From an uncultured bacterium (GTDB taxonomy: Bacteria > Bacillota > Clostridia > Oscillospirales > Oscillospiraceae): a stretch of DNA of 64,000 nucleotides. The first letter of the stretch is position 1. Each line of letters opens with the position of its first letter. The stretch covers positions 42,051-106,050 of the forward strand of contig CANASS010000001.1 of NCBI GenBank assembly GCA_947364395.1. Direction: 5' to 3'. The translations under genes and the position numbers were made by a program. The notes under the pieces were generated by a model that worked only from the letters and a program-made list of their open reading frames with translations, was not told where the DNA came from and ran no database searches. Of this stretch, positions 50,458 to 59,932 are shown piece after piece.

Positions 50458-51528
50458 TCACTCCAATGCCTGAAAATACGCCCGGTTGTGAGTCACCGCC
50501 GGGTCGTTCGGCTTGCAGGCCGCAGCCAATTCATTGAACCTCTCCGCCCGCTCTTGATCGCCCATGCGGCTGTAGCAGACGCACAGCTGGATATAGGGCA
50601 GGTAACCGTAGCAGTCTGGGCAGACGAACCCGCCCCGGCGGTCGTCCCGAGGGCAGATCAGGGCCAGAGCGTACCAATAAGCCGCTTGTCCATACCGCTC
50701 CCGCTGAAAAAACCACCGCCCCAGCTCACAGCACACCTCTGCCCGGGGACGGTCATAGACAAAGGTGCGCAAAAGAGCCGCCAGCGCTGCCTCGGGCTGT
50801 CCCATCTGCTCTTGACAGTAGGCACAGTGGCAGCAGGCGTCGATGTTGTTTTCTACCCATCCCCGGCCATCTTCCAGAAACGCCTCAAAGACCGTCAGGG
50901 CTTCTTCCCACCGGCGGTGATAGTAGAGCTCCCGGCCATAGTAGAATTGATGCCGGGGCTCCAGAATTTTTCCCGCGTTCAGCTGGGCCTGGTAGATCCG
51001 CAGGTTGCGATCTGGATCGCTGGGGCGTGTTTTGCGGTGGGTGACGGCGAAATCTCCATAAAAAATTTGTCCCACTGGAGTAACCGCCTCATGAACAGCT
51101 CCCTCCCAGCGCATCCCCGCCCGGTTTTTGATAAGCCGCTCCCTGTAGTAGGAGAAGGTTACCCTCCCGCCCTCATCAAAGCCGGTATGATAAGGGGCCA
51201 TGACCACCGATACGGCCGGGTCCAAGGTCTCCTTCAGCGCCAGGAACGCGGCCTGATCCGCCTCCAAAAGCACATCGTCCGCATCCAGCCACATACAGTA
51301 GTCCATAGAAGCGTGGGCAAAAGACTCATTGCGGGCTGCGGCAAAGTCGTCTCGCCAGGGGAAATCGAAGATCAGGCTGGTAAACCGAGCGGCGATTTCT
51401 TTCGTGCGGTCGGTGGAGCCGGTGTCCACGATGATGATCTCATCTGCCAAAGCGGCCGCACTCGTCAAACACCGTTCCAGAATATCCTCTTCATTTTTGA
51501 CAATCATGCATAGGCTGACGCTTATCAT
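50458..51528 (-). CDS. Glycosyltransferase family 2 with TPR repeats
   Basis: SLCMIVKNEE, VDTGSTD, DFAAARN, WLDADD, VHE. Confidence 0.9.
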   Translation of the reverse strand: MISVSLCMIVKNEEDILERCLTSAAALADEIIIVDTGSTDRTKEIAARFTSLIFDFPWRDDFAAARNESFAHASMDYCMWLDADDVLLEADQAAFLALKETLDPAVSVVMAPYHTGFDEGGRVTFSYYRERLIKNRAGMRWEGAVHEAVTPVGQIFYGDFAVTHRKTRPSDPDRNLRIYQAQLNAGKILEPRHQFYYGRELYYHRRWEEALTVFEAFLEDGRGWVENNIDACCHCAYCQEQMGQPEAALAALLRTFVYDRPRAEVCCELGRWFFQRERYGQAAYWYALALICPRDDRRGGFVCPDCYGYLPYIQLCVCYSRMGDQERAERFNELAAACKPNDPAVTHNRAYFQALE

Positions 51529-51607
51529 GAGGGGCCTCCTTTTCATGGTTGTTTTTGCAGGGAGGCGCTCCGAAGAGCGCCTCCCCTTTTTCTGTGCCCG
51601 GATGGCG

Positions 51608-52197
51608 TCATGCCAGCCGTTTGATGGTCAGGGATGCCCCCGCGCCGCAACCCACCAAGATGGCCGTCCCGGCCAGGACAGCGGGGTACATCTGAAGGGT
51701 GATAGTGGAGTTGGCGGGCAGAGCGACCTTGATTTGATTCTCAAATCGGGAGGTGGACACGATTGGGGCGATGGTAGATCCGGTGTTATTGGAGCCATTA
51801 ATGACCAGCCGGGTTCCCATCAGCAGGGACAAGGTGGTATTCACATGGTAAGAGATTTCATAGGCACCCGCCGCAGCCACGGTAAATACCGTGTTTCCGG
51901 CGTTGACGGTGATGTCCGGGGACAGCACCTGGGCATTGGGCAAGGGCACCAGGCTGCCGCCCAACGCCACCAGGATGGTACTGCCCTGGGTGTTGGCGGC
52001 CAGCACATCGCTTACCGTAGCGAGGAGGGCCGCTGAGACCCGGAATGGTGCCCAAAATATATTGCAGCTTCTCTCCCTCGGCGTTGAGGATGTGGCTCAG
52101 CCCCCAGCTCCTCCATGGCGATGGAGGAGAGAATCTGGTTGACCGCGTCCTCCCGCTGGATGGGAGGATCAACGTTGGGAAAACTTGGCACAGACAT
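51608..52197 (-). pseudogene. BclA-like exosporium protein pseudogene (two +1 frameshifts, no collagen repeat)
   Basis: [16 protein letters not shown] / [25 protein letters not shown] / [26 protein letters not shown] lie in three different frames. Confidence 0.75.
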
Positions 52198-52291
52198 AAA
52201 AAATGTATCCCCTTTCGAGCCTACACGCAGTCCGGGAGACACCAAAGCAGCGGTGCAGGCAGAAAGCCCTCCCCGGCAATGCGCCCACGTC

Positions 52292-52351
52292 ATTCTATGC
52301 CCCCGCCTGCCGGTGTGTTCGACGGGGCAAGGCGGTTTCAGCCGCATAAGA
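52292..52351. promoter_or_regulatory. Putative divergent sigmaK promoters
   Basis: AC-N17-CATAGAAT on the minus strand; CATAAGAT on the plus strand with a weaker -35. Confidence 0.4.
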
Positions 52352-52428
52352 TGGAACGGCGGCTGGACTTTCCGAGCCGTACAACCCGTCCCTGCGCCGA
52401 GCCGGGCGGTACAATGGAGTATCTTACT

Positions 52429-53271
52429 ATGTCTATGCCTTCTTTTCCCCCCCACGGGGCAGACTTGACGCGGGAAGAGGCCCTAACCATGATTATTGCC
52501 TCCATCGCCATGGAGGAACTGGCTCTCAGCCACATCATCAACGCCGAGGGCGAAAAGCTGCAATACATCCTGGGTACTCTGCCGGGGGCAAAGACCTGCG
52601 CCACGCCTCAGGATGTATTGGAGGTAAATAAAAGCGTGGCTTCCCTGCTGGATGTGGTAGCGCAGAATCAGATGCTGCTGAAAAGCAAGCTCGAAAAGGT
52701 GCTGGGGGCATGTCCGCCCCTAACGCCCCCTTGCCCTCCACCAAAACCATGCCCGCCCGAACCTCCTATATGCGGGCCTTGTCCGCCTCCCCCCACTTAC
52801 GGCCCAGAGATATGCCCGCCATCCGGCTGCCTGGGAAAAGAGGGGAAACGTGCCCTCCACCTGGTAGAGCGCCAGCCAGGGTTTCTGTGGAGTCCTGGCT
52901 GCCGTCTGCCCTGGCGGCAGCAGGCCCAGTGCGGTGAGTATATCCGCTGGAACGAGTGTAATCCCACCCAAATCCGGCTGGATCTGCGGGCGGCCTACGC
53001 AATTCGGTGCACACTGAGCGTATATGCCATGCCCCCGGCAAAAGGAGAGGGGTACATCTGCCTTAGACAGACCCCTTGCGGGTCGTTTACGGATGCACCG
53101 CCTTTGCGATTTTCCTTGGAGCGAATGGCAGGCAGCCTCCAGACGCTGCAATACGCCGCTGTGATCTATCCCTGTGCAAATGTAACCGGCCCGGCGGAAT
53201 TGTCCCTGGTGCTGGATACCCGGAATGCCTTGTGCGTGGAGCGGGCTTCCATGGATGTGGTGGAGCTCTAA
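52429..53271 (+). CDS. Pro/Cys-rich putative spore-surface protein with [21 protein letters not shown]-domain
   Basis: N-terminus paralogous to the adjacent pseudogene; PCPPPKPCPP linker; GGAG RBS. Confidence 0.75.
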   Translation: MSMPSFPPHGADLTREEALTMIIASIAMEELALSHIINAEGEKLQYILGTLPGAKTCATPQDVLEVNKSVASLLDVVAQNQMLLKSKLEKVLGACPPLTPPCPPPKPCPPEPPICGPCPPPPTYGPEICPPSGCLGKEGKRALHLVERQPGFLWSPGCRLPWRQQAQCGEYIRWNECNPTQIRLDLRAAYAIRCTLSVYAMPPAKGEGYICLRQTPCGSFTDAPPLRFSLERMAGSLQTLQYAAVIYPCANVTGPAELSLVLDTRNALCVERASMDVVEL

Positions 53272-53427
53272 ATGAAGAGAAACAAAAATATCTAATAAAG
53301 AGCGGGAGTATTTTGAACAGCCCCAAAAGCTGTCAAAACGCTCCCGCTCTTTATAAAAATGAACCCTCCCACGTTTTCTGCGGCTTTCTATTACAAAAGC
53401 TTATTTTACTTTCCCCTGCGGACCAAG

Positions 53428-53572
53428 GGCAAGAAGATGCAATATATCCTTGGGCGCTGCCCGGGCTCATCGGACCCGTCGCCGCAGAGGACGTTCTAAA
53501 CGTCAACGAGCGCTCTGCGGTCTGCTGGAGACCACCGTGCAGAACCAGCTTTTTCTGAGGGAACTCATTAGA
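53428..53572 (+). pseudogene. Relic fragment of a third paralog
   Basis: Frameshifted KMQYILG / LPGLIGPVAAEDVLNVNE / GLLETTVQNQLFLR matches [26 protein letters not shown]. Confidence 0.6.
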
Positions 53573-53574
53573 AG

Positions 53575-54297
53575 CTATTTCATGCGCAGGAGGCGCTCAA
53601 TGTGTTTGTAGAGGACAAACGTGATAACCGAGTCCGCCACGCCCTTGAGCAGATTGAAGGGAGCCACGGCACACAACACTAAGGTGTTGACACTGACGAT
53701 GGCGGGATTGATGGCGGTGCCCATGCCGATGATGACCTCCAGCGGCTGGCCGAATAGAACGGAGAAAGCGGGGATCAGGTAGACCGCATTGAATAGGCTG
53801 CCCACCACCGTAATGCACGCGGTGCCCACTACCATACCGAGGATGGCGCCTTTCTTGGTCTTATTGGCGAAGTACACCACCGAGGCGGGCAGAATCAAGG
53901 CGCAGCCCACCGCGAAGTTGGCCAGGTCGCCCACAAAGGCGGTGGAGGTCCCTTTCAGCAGCAGTTTCATCACCACCTTCAGAAACTCGCACACCACCCC
54001 GGCCACCGGGCCCATGGAAAAGGAGCAGATAAGCACCGGGATCTCACTGAAGTCCAGCTCGTAGAAACCGGGGGCAAAGGGCAGGGGGAATTCAAAGTAC
54101 ATCAGCACGGCGGCGATGGCGGCGAAAATGCCCACGTAAGCCGTCCTCCGGGCGGGAGACTGCTTCTCCGGCTTGAGCCACAGCCGCTCCAGCAGCACGG
54201 CCACCGCGAAAATACCCGCGAACACCGCCAAGCACACCAGCAGAAACATGGCGTTGTCCGCCACCGCCGCAAAAAGCTTTCCAGGATCGTTGAACAT
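53575..54297 (-). CDS. ribU: ECF transporter S component, riboflavin
   Basis: LDFSEIP, VGDLANF, PFNLLKG; FMN riboswitch upstream. Confidence 0.88.
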   Translation of the reverse strand: MFNDPGKLFAAVADNAMFLLVCLAVFAGIFAVAVLLERLWLKPEKQSPARRTAYVGIFAAIAAVLMYFEFPLPFAPGFYELDFSEIPVLICSFSMGPVAGVVCEFLKVVMKLLLKGTSTAFVGDLANFAVGCALILPASVVYFANKTKKGAILGMVVGTACITVVGSLFNAVYLIPAFSVLFGQPLEVIIGMGTAINPAIVSVNTLVLCAVAPFNLLKGVADSVITFVLYKHIERLLRMK

Positions 54298-54375
54298 AAA
54301 AATACCTCCTAAGATAGTCTGAAACGCCTGAAAGCACTGTCTTCCAGGCGCGACACTACCTCAAGAGGGGTCACG

Positions 54376-54488
54376 CGTCTTCTTCCATCCGGACTATACC
54401 GTTGGTCCCGGAGTTTCACCGGGTCAACCGCTCACGCGGGTCGCGGACTATACCGCCAGTGGGGAATCTCACCCCGCCCTGAAGACAA
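54376..54488 (-). ncRNA. FMN riboswitch (RFN element)
   Basis: CTTCAGGGCGGGGTGAGATTCCCCACTGGCGGTA...AGTCCGGATGGAAGAAGA; promoter TTGCAT-17-TATAAT at 54511-54539. Confidence 0.95.
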
Positions 54489-54651
54489 TCATTCCATTGT
54501 TCCGTTCCAGATTATAAGCCTCACCCTCCAAAAATGCAAGTCTTTTTTGTCGAATTTGCCCGACATTTTTTAAAACTAACGTTTCATTTCCCCTTGACGA
54601 CTTCCCGCACATGTAGTACAATTGTATCAAACATCGAGAGGAGGAACCACC

Positions 54652-55191
54652 GTGTCAACCGACGAAAGCCGCACCTGCTGTTTCACCGGCCACCGGCCGG
54701 ACAAGCTTCCCTGGGGCCTGGACGAGGACGACCCCCGCTGCGCCGCGCTGAAGGCCAGCCTGGACCGGGAGCTGGACGGGCTGTACCGCCGGGGGTTCCG
54801 CCACTTCATCTCCGGCATGGCCATGGGCTGCGACCTGTACTTTGCCGAAGCCGCGCTGGCCCTGCGGGAGCGCTGCCACGGCGTAACGGTGGAGGGGGCG
54901 GTCCCCTGCCCCACCCAGGCGCAAAAATGGCCGGAGACCCTCCGCCGCCGATGGCGGGCTATCCTGGACACCTGCGACCTGGAGACGGTGGTGCAGCAAA
55001 ATTACGACCGCTGGTGCATGCTCCGCCGGGACCGCTACATCGTAGACCGCTCCGCCGCCGTGCTTGCGGTGTTCGACGGCGCCCCGGGAGGGACCCAGTA
55101 CACCCTGAACTACGCCATGGACAAAAAGCGGGAAATTCTCCTGCTGGATCCCGCCCAGCCGGACCGGGCCGTCGCCCAATTCATCCTATGA
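54652..55191 (+). CDS. SLOG family protein (DUF1273/YspA-like)
   Basis: CCFTGHRP, SGMAMGCD, GGT.YT; promoter TTGACG-17-TACAAT. Confidence 0.85.
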   Translation: MSTDESRTCCFTGHRPDKLPWGLDEDDPRCAALKASLDRELDGLYRRGFRHFISGMAMGCDLYFAEAALALRERCHGVTVEGAVPCPTQAQKWPETLRRRWRAILDTCDLETVVQQNYDRWCMLRRDRYIVDRSAAVLAVFDGAPGGTQYTLNYAMDKKREILLLDPAQPDRAVAQFIL

Positions 55192-55223
55192 AAGACCCCG
55201 CCGGACTGTCCGGCGGGGTCTTT
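55191..55223. terminator. Bidirectional terminator
   Basis: AAAGACCCCGCCGGAC-T-GTCCGGCGGGGTCTTT. Confidence 0.8.
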
Positions 55224-55226
55224 CCC

Positions 55227-55406
55227 TCACATTTTGAACGAGCCGTTGAAGTGCTCCACGACCTCGCCCACGGCCTTGATTGCCCTCCCCGCCGCCTTCT
55301 GGGCGGAGTGCTTTTTCTTCTTGGGCATCATCATCAGGCCGATGGCCCCGGCCGCCGCCATGGTAGCCCCGGCGATGGGCAGCATGGCTTTTTTGTCCAT
55401 TCTCAT
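55227..55406 (-). CDS. 59-aa small membrane-anchored basic protein (not in the ORF track)
   Basis: MRMDKKAMLPIAGATMAAAGAIGLMMMPKKKKHSAQKAAGRAIKAVGEVVEHFNGSFKM; AAGGAGTG RBS; ends at the terminator. Confidence 0.7.
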   Translation of the reverse strand: MRMDKKAMLPIAGATMAAAGAIGLMMMPKKKKHSAQKAAGRAIKAVGEVVEHFNGSFKM

Positions 55407-55475
55407 GACTCATCACTCCTTCGCCCTGCTAGCTTGCCCCATTTTCCGGGAAAGAGTGAGATTTTCAGCTGGAAA

Positions 55476-56228
55476 CTATTTCAAAATCAGCGACACCGGG
55501 CAGTGGTCGCTGCCCTGGATGTCGGGGTGGATGGCCGCCTCCCCCACCCGCTCCCCCAGCCGGTCGGACACGATAAAATAGTCAATACGCCAGCCGGCGT
55601 TCTTCTCCCTGGCCTTGAAGCGATAACTCCACCAGGAATAGGCCCCCTCCCTGTCCGGGTACAGCAGGCGGAAGCTGTCAGTGAAGCCGGAGGAGAGCAG
55701 GCGGGTCATGGCGGCGCGTTCCTCATCGGAGAAACCGGCGTTTCCCCGGTTGGTCTTGGGGTTTTTCAAGTCAATCTCCTGGTGCGCCACGTTCAAGTCC
55801 CCGCAGTACACCACCGGCTTTGTCTTATCCAGGCTCCTGAGATAATCCAACAGGTCCTCTTCCCACTCCAGGCGGTAGCCCAGCCGGGCCAGCTCGCTCT
55901 GGGCGTTGGGGGTGTAGCAGTCAACCAGCCAGAACTCCGGATACTCCAAGGTGATGAGCCGCCCCTCATGGTCGTGCTTGTCCAGGTCCATCCCGTAGGA
56001 GACTGACAGCGGCTCCTCCCGGGCGAAGATGGCGGTGCCGGAATAGCCCTTCTTGTCCGCCGAGTTCCAATATTCATGGTAGCCGGACAGCTCCACCTCC
56101 GCCTGCCCCCGCTCCATCTTGGTCTCCTGGAGACAGATGAAGTCGGCATCCAGCCCCAGCACTGAGTCCACAAAGCCCTTTTTCAGGCAGGCCCGCAGAC
56201 CGTTCACATTCCAAGACACGAATTTCAT
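55476..56228 (-). CDS. xth: Exodeoxyribonuclease III / AP endonuclease
   Basis: SWNVNGLRA, LQETK, GDLN, WRIDY, SDHCP. Confidence 0.96.
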   Translation of the reverse strand: MKFVSWNVNGLRACLKKGFVDSVLGLDADFICLQETKMERGQAEVELSGYHEYWNSADKKGYSGTAIFAREEPLSVSYGMDLDKHDHEGRLITLEYPEFWLVDCYTPNAQSELARLGYRLEWEEDLLDYLRSLDKTKPVVYCGDLNVAHQEIDLKNPKTNRGNAGFSDEERAAMTRLLSSGFTDSFRLLYPDREGAYSWWSYRFKAREKNAGWRIDYFIVSDRLGERVGEAAIHPDIQGSDHCPVSLILK

Positions 56229-57595
56229 GTCAATTCCCCCTGTCTGTTCACCTGGCGCAGCTGCCGGACCAGCACCCACACCGAGATGGCCAGAGCCCCC
56301 AGCATGGCCAGAGCCTCCAGGGCCATGCCAAACTGAGCGCTTCCAATGGTGACGATAAAGTTGTACTTCTGCCGCAGGTAGACCACATAGCTGGCCAGGG
56401 ACGCCCCTCCCGCCAGCACCGCCACCGGCAGGCGGCGCACATTGGCGCAGGCCCAGCACAAGGTGAACACGTCGGCCAGAAAGAAATACCGCTCGTGCAT
56501 GTGGGGCAGGAAGAAGGGCACCCCGATGCACAAGATAACCGCCATGGTCATGGTGATATCCCGGTCCAGCCGGTCCTTCAGCCAGAAGCCCAGCCCCAGC
56601 AGAATCAGCACCAGCGCCGCCGCCGCAGCGATCCCTAGAACGGAGGCCAGCTTTCCCTCCGCCAGCCCTTCGTGGAGGGCCCTTGGGATAAACTGGTACA
56701 CGCTGGCCGCGTTGAGCACCAGATGGGGCACCTCGGTCATCTGGTTGAAATAGATGCCCAGTATATCGGCCAGGGGCTTGCCCAAAAATACGGCGGGCAG
56801 AATGGTGGCCAGGTAGGTGACGGGAAACACCCACAGCTCCCAGAACCTCACCTTTTTCGCCAGCCACAGCACCCCCCACAAGGGGAGGATAAAGACGGCC
56901 TGAAGCTTGAAGGAGAAGGCCACCGCCATCAGCGCCACCGAGGTTTTATTTTTTCCCTCCAGCACCAGAGCGGCGGCGTGGATAGCCAAGGCCCCGTAGA
57001 TCACGTCGCACTGTCCCCAGTAGGCCCCGTTGAGCACCACCACAGGCAGCAGCAGGGCGGCGGCAAAGGCGGTCAGGGGAGCGGCGCTCCCCTGACGGTC
57101 CCTGGTCAGGGACCGCACCAACCGGAAGCAGCCCCAGGCCAGCACCACGTCAAACAGGATGGACAGCAGCTTGTACATATACAGGTCGGGCACGCCGATG
57201 TAGGACATAAAGGCGATATAATAGAGGTAGGGCACGTTGTAGTTGCCCACGTTGCTGGCCAGGGTGCTGAAGCCGCCGTAGGTTCGGAAAAACTCTGCCC
57301 AGTGCTTCAAGAAGGAGACGTAATCCCCGCTGATATAGTCCAGGCTCAGGGCCCGGAGCACCATGGCCGCCCCGATGGGCAGCAGCAGGATCAGCAGCGC
57401 GTCTCCCCTGACGCCCTCCATCCGCAGCAGAAGCAGGGACAGCCCTGCCAGGGCGATGAGCACCGCCGCGATGCCCGCCCGGTCCAGCCAGCCGCCCTGG
57501 TCCAACCCCATACACGCCACGGCGGTGAACACCAGCAGCGCCCCGCCGGCCCCGGCGCACACCGGGGGCAGATATTTCTTCCATTGTTGATCCAT
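56225..57595 (-). CDS. Multi-pass membrane glycosyltransferase (GT-C, GT87/mannosyltransferase-like)
   Basis: GNYNVPYLY, WGQCD, KLQA, PHMHERY. Confidence 0.7.
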   Translation of the reverse strand: MDQQWKKYLPPVCAGAGGALLVFTAVACMGLDQGGWLDRAGIAAVLIALAGLSLLLLRMEGVRGDALLILLLPIGAAMVLRALSLDYISGDYVSFLKHWAEFFRTYGGFSTLASNVGNYNVPYLYYIAFMSYIGVPDLYMYKLLSILFDVVLAWGCFRLVRSLTRDRQGSAAPLTAFAAALLLPVVVLNGAYWGQCDVIYGALAIHAAALVLEGKNKTSVALMAVAFSFKLQAVFILPLWGVLWLAKKVRFWELWVFPVTYLATILPAVFLGKPLADILGIYFNQMTEVPHLVLNAASVYQFIPRALHEGLAEGKLASVLGIAAAAALVLILLGLGFWLKDRLDRDITMTMAVILCIGVPFFLPHMHERYFFLADVFTLCWACANVRRLPVAVLAGGASLASYVVYLRQKYNFIVTIGSAQFGMALEALAMLGALAISVWVLVRQLRQVNRQGELT

Positions 57596-57627
57596 TCTTG
57601 TTCCTCCTGATACCGCAGTTCGCTCCA

Positions 57628-58119
57628 TCATACCACAGCCGCCCCCGCTTGTCCAGCCTCCCCATCCTGGGTGTGGACGTATATCCGGGAGCACTCCGCC
57701 TCCCCGTCCCCCTGGACCATGCACAGAAACCGCCAGCCGTACCGCTCATAAAAAGAGGTGTGATCGGTGAGCAGATAGAGGGCGTCCACCCCCAGTCCCG
57801 CCATGTCCGCGCAGACCAACTCCAGCATCGCCCCCGCTATCCCCTGACAGCGGTGTGTCTCCTCCACATAGACCGCGCACACGTTGGGGGTCAGGTCCCT
57901 TCGGGGATGGAAGTCGTTCTCAATGACTCCCAGCCCGCCTACAATTTCATCTCCATCCACGGCCACATACCACTGGGGTACTGCCTCGCTGTCCACGAGG
58001 CATTCCGCCATGCTCTCCCGATACGCCTCCAGCGGGACGCTCCACTTTTCATGGAACCACTCCGCCGCCCGGTCCGCCATCTGGGGATGCTCTCTGATTT
58101 TCCAAACCGCACAGCTCAA
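57628..58119 (-). CDS. GNAT acetyltransferase
   Basis: VYVEETHRCQGIA, FYERYGW; TTG start behind AAGGAG. Confidence 0.85.
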   Translation of the reverse strand: MSCAVWKIREHPQMADRAAEWFHEKWSVPLEAYRESMAECLVDSEAVPQWYVAVDGDEIVGGLGVIENDFHPRRDLTPNVCAVYVEETHRCQGIAGAMLELVCADMAGLGVDALYLLTDHTSFYERYGWRFLCMVQGDGEAECSRIYVHTQDGEAGQAGAAVV

Positions 58120-59087
58120 TCCACACTCTCCTTCGGAAAATACTCCTGGACAAAATCCACGTCCTCCACCGTCCACTCCCTGCCGTTGAGGCTGTCCAGC
58201 GGTCCCGCGTCCGTGGTAAAGTCAAACCGCAGCTTGTAGGAGTACAGCGCCTGAAACCTGCGGTCATAGCGCTTGTCGTCCCGCTCCCGGCCGTACTTTC
58301 CGTCCCCCAGCAGAGGACAGCCCGCAGCGGCAAACTGGGCCCGGATCTGGTGGGTCCGCCCGGTGATGAGGTCGCACTCCACCAGGGACAGGCCGTTTCG
58401 CGCATCCAGCGTGCGGTACAGCGTCACCGCCGTCTTTCCTCCCTGGACTGGGTGGCCGTACACCTTCACCTGGGCCCTTTCCTCATCCTTCAGGATGTAC
58501 CCCTTCAGCTGTCCCTCCCGGGGCTTCATCACCCCGTGGACCACGCACAGGTACAGCTTTTGCAGCTCCCGGTCCCGGATCTTCTGGTTCATCACCCGCA
58601 GGGCCGGGGCGGTCTTGGCGGCGATGACGATGCCGCCGGTGTTGCGGTCGATGCGGTTGCACAGGGCGGGGGCAAAGGAGTTCTCCCAGTACGGGGACCA
58701 CTCCTTTTTCTGGTACAGGTACGCCTGTATGTGGGTGATGAGGGTGTTCACCCGTTCCTTGTCGTCGGGATGGACCACCATGCCTGGGCGCTTGTTCAGC
58801 AGAAGAAGGTGCTCGTCCTCATATAGGATGTCCAGCTGGGGCTTGAACACGGACAAAAAGGCGTTTTCCGGGGTGGGTCGGTCAAAGAACTCGTCGTTGA
58901 TGTACAGCTGGAGCAGGTCCCCCTTCTGGAGGCGCACATCCCGCTTGGAACCCTTGCCGTTCACCTTCACCCGCTTGAGGCGGATATATTTCTGGGCCAG
59001 GGGCACCGGGAGGAGGGGCATGGTTTTAGCCAGCCAGCGGTCCAGCCGCTGGCCCGCGTCGTTGGGTCCGATGGTGAATTCCTTCAT
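58116..59087 (-). CDS. RluA family pseudouridine synthase with S4 domain
   Basis: RLDRW, NKRPG, NRIDRNTGG, TGRTHQIR. Confidence 0.93.
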   Translation of the reverse strand: MKEFTIGPNDAGQRLDRWLAKTMPLLPVPLAQKYIRLKRVKVNGKGSKRDVRLQKGDLLQLYINDEFFDRPTPENAFLSVFKPQLDILYEDEHLLLLNKRPGMVVHPDDKERVNTLITHIQAYLYQKKEWSPYWENSFAPALCNRIDRNTGGIVIAAKTAPALRVMNQKIRDRELQKLYLCVVHGVMKPREGQLKGYILKDEERAQVKVYGHPVQGGKTAVTLYRTLDARNGLSLVECDLITGRTHQIRAQFAAAGCPLLGDGKYGRERDDKRYDRRFQALYSYKLRFDFTTDAGPLDSLNGREWTVEDVDFVQEYFPKESVD

Positions 59088-59185
59088 GGCGGGCGTATCC
59101 TCCAAAAATGCAGATTCCCGGACATTGTAGCAGAAAACATAGGAAAAGGCAAGGGAGCGCGGTCTGTACCGCGCCCCCTTTTTAT

Positions 59186-59812
59186 TTACGTCAGGCCCTG
59201 GATATCGCCGGACTGAATGGCCTCCATATTGGCGGCGATCCGTTCTACGGGCCAGTCCCACCACTTCAGGGCCAGCAGGTGCTGGATCACGCCGTCGCTG
59301 AACCGCTTGCGGATGAGCTTGGCCGGGACGCCGCCCACGATGGCGTAAGGAGGCACGTCCTTGGTCACCACCGCCCGGGCGCCGACGACGGCCCCGTCGC
59401 CGATGGTCACGCCTGCCAAAATGACGGCCTCATAGCCGATCCAAACGTCGTTTCCCACCACGATGTCCCCTTTGTTGTCCCAGGCCCGGGGGATATCCTC
59501 CACCGGCAGGCCCCACTCTTCAAAGAAAATGGGGAAGGGATAAGTGGACAGGCTGCCCAGGGCGTGGTTGGCGCTGTTGAAGAGAAATTTCGCGCCGCAG
59601 GCGATGGAACAGAATTTGCCGATGGTCAGCCTCTCCTGATTGATGGGGTAGTGGTAGAGCACATTGCTGCGCTGAAAGTCCCTGGGGTCACGGACAAAGT
59701 CGTCATAGGTGGTGTACTCCCCCACGGTGATGGAGGGGTCGGTCACCACGTTTTGCAGGTAAACGGTGCTGTGACCCTGGGAGCGGGGATAAATTTTCCA
59801 TTGCGGGATCAT
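59186..59812 (-). CDS. CatB/Vat-related hexapeptide O-acetyltransferase
   Basis: [38 protein letters not shown]. Confidence 0.9.
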   Translation of the reverse strand: MIPQWKIYPRSQGHSTVYLQNVVTDPSITVGEYTTYDDFVRDPRDFQRSNVLYHYPINQERLTIGKFCSIACGAKFLFNSANHALGSLSTYPFPIFFEEWGLPVEDIPRAWDNKGDIVVGNDVWIGYEAVILAGVTIGDGAVVGARAVVTKDVPPYAIVGGVPAKLIRKRFSDGVIQHLLALKWWDWPVERIAANMEAIQSGDIQGLT

Positions 59813-59880
59813 CTGATAACCTCCTGAGCGTCATTTATTTTGTGACGATCCCGCAAAAGGCAATACACCGCTTCACGCAT
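59809..59880 (-). CDS. Putative 23-aa leader peptide [23 protein letters not shown]
   Basis: GAGGTGG RBS; its stop overlaps the acetyltransferase ATG; promoter TTGAAA-17-TATGCT at 59908-59936. Confidence 0.45.
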   Translation of the reverse strand: MREAVYCLLRDRHKINDAQEVIR

Positions 59881-59932
59881 ACCACCTCGCCTGAAAAAGA
59901 TACGCTCAGCATAGCACAACGCCCCGTTTTTT

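Noticed and set aside
52045..52428. N-terminal extension of the 408-aa plus-strand ORF
   Set aside because: It overlaps the antisense pseudogene and intergenic region. Paralog alignment and the RBS place the start at 52429.
55476..56879. 467-aa extended Xth suggesting a fusion
   Set aside because: The real start is MKFVSWN at 56228. The extension is an alternative frame of the membrane glycosyltransferase.
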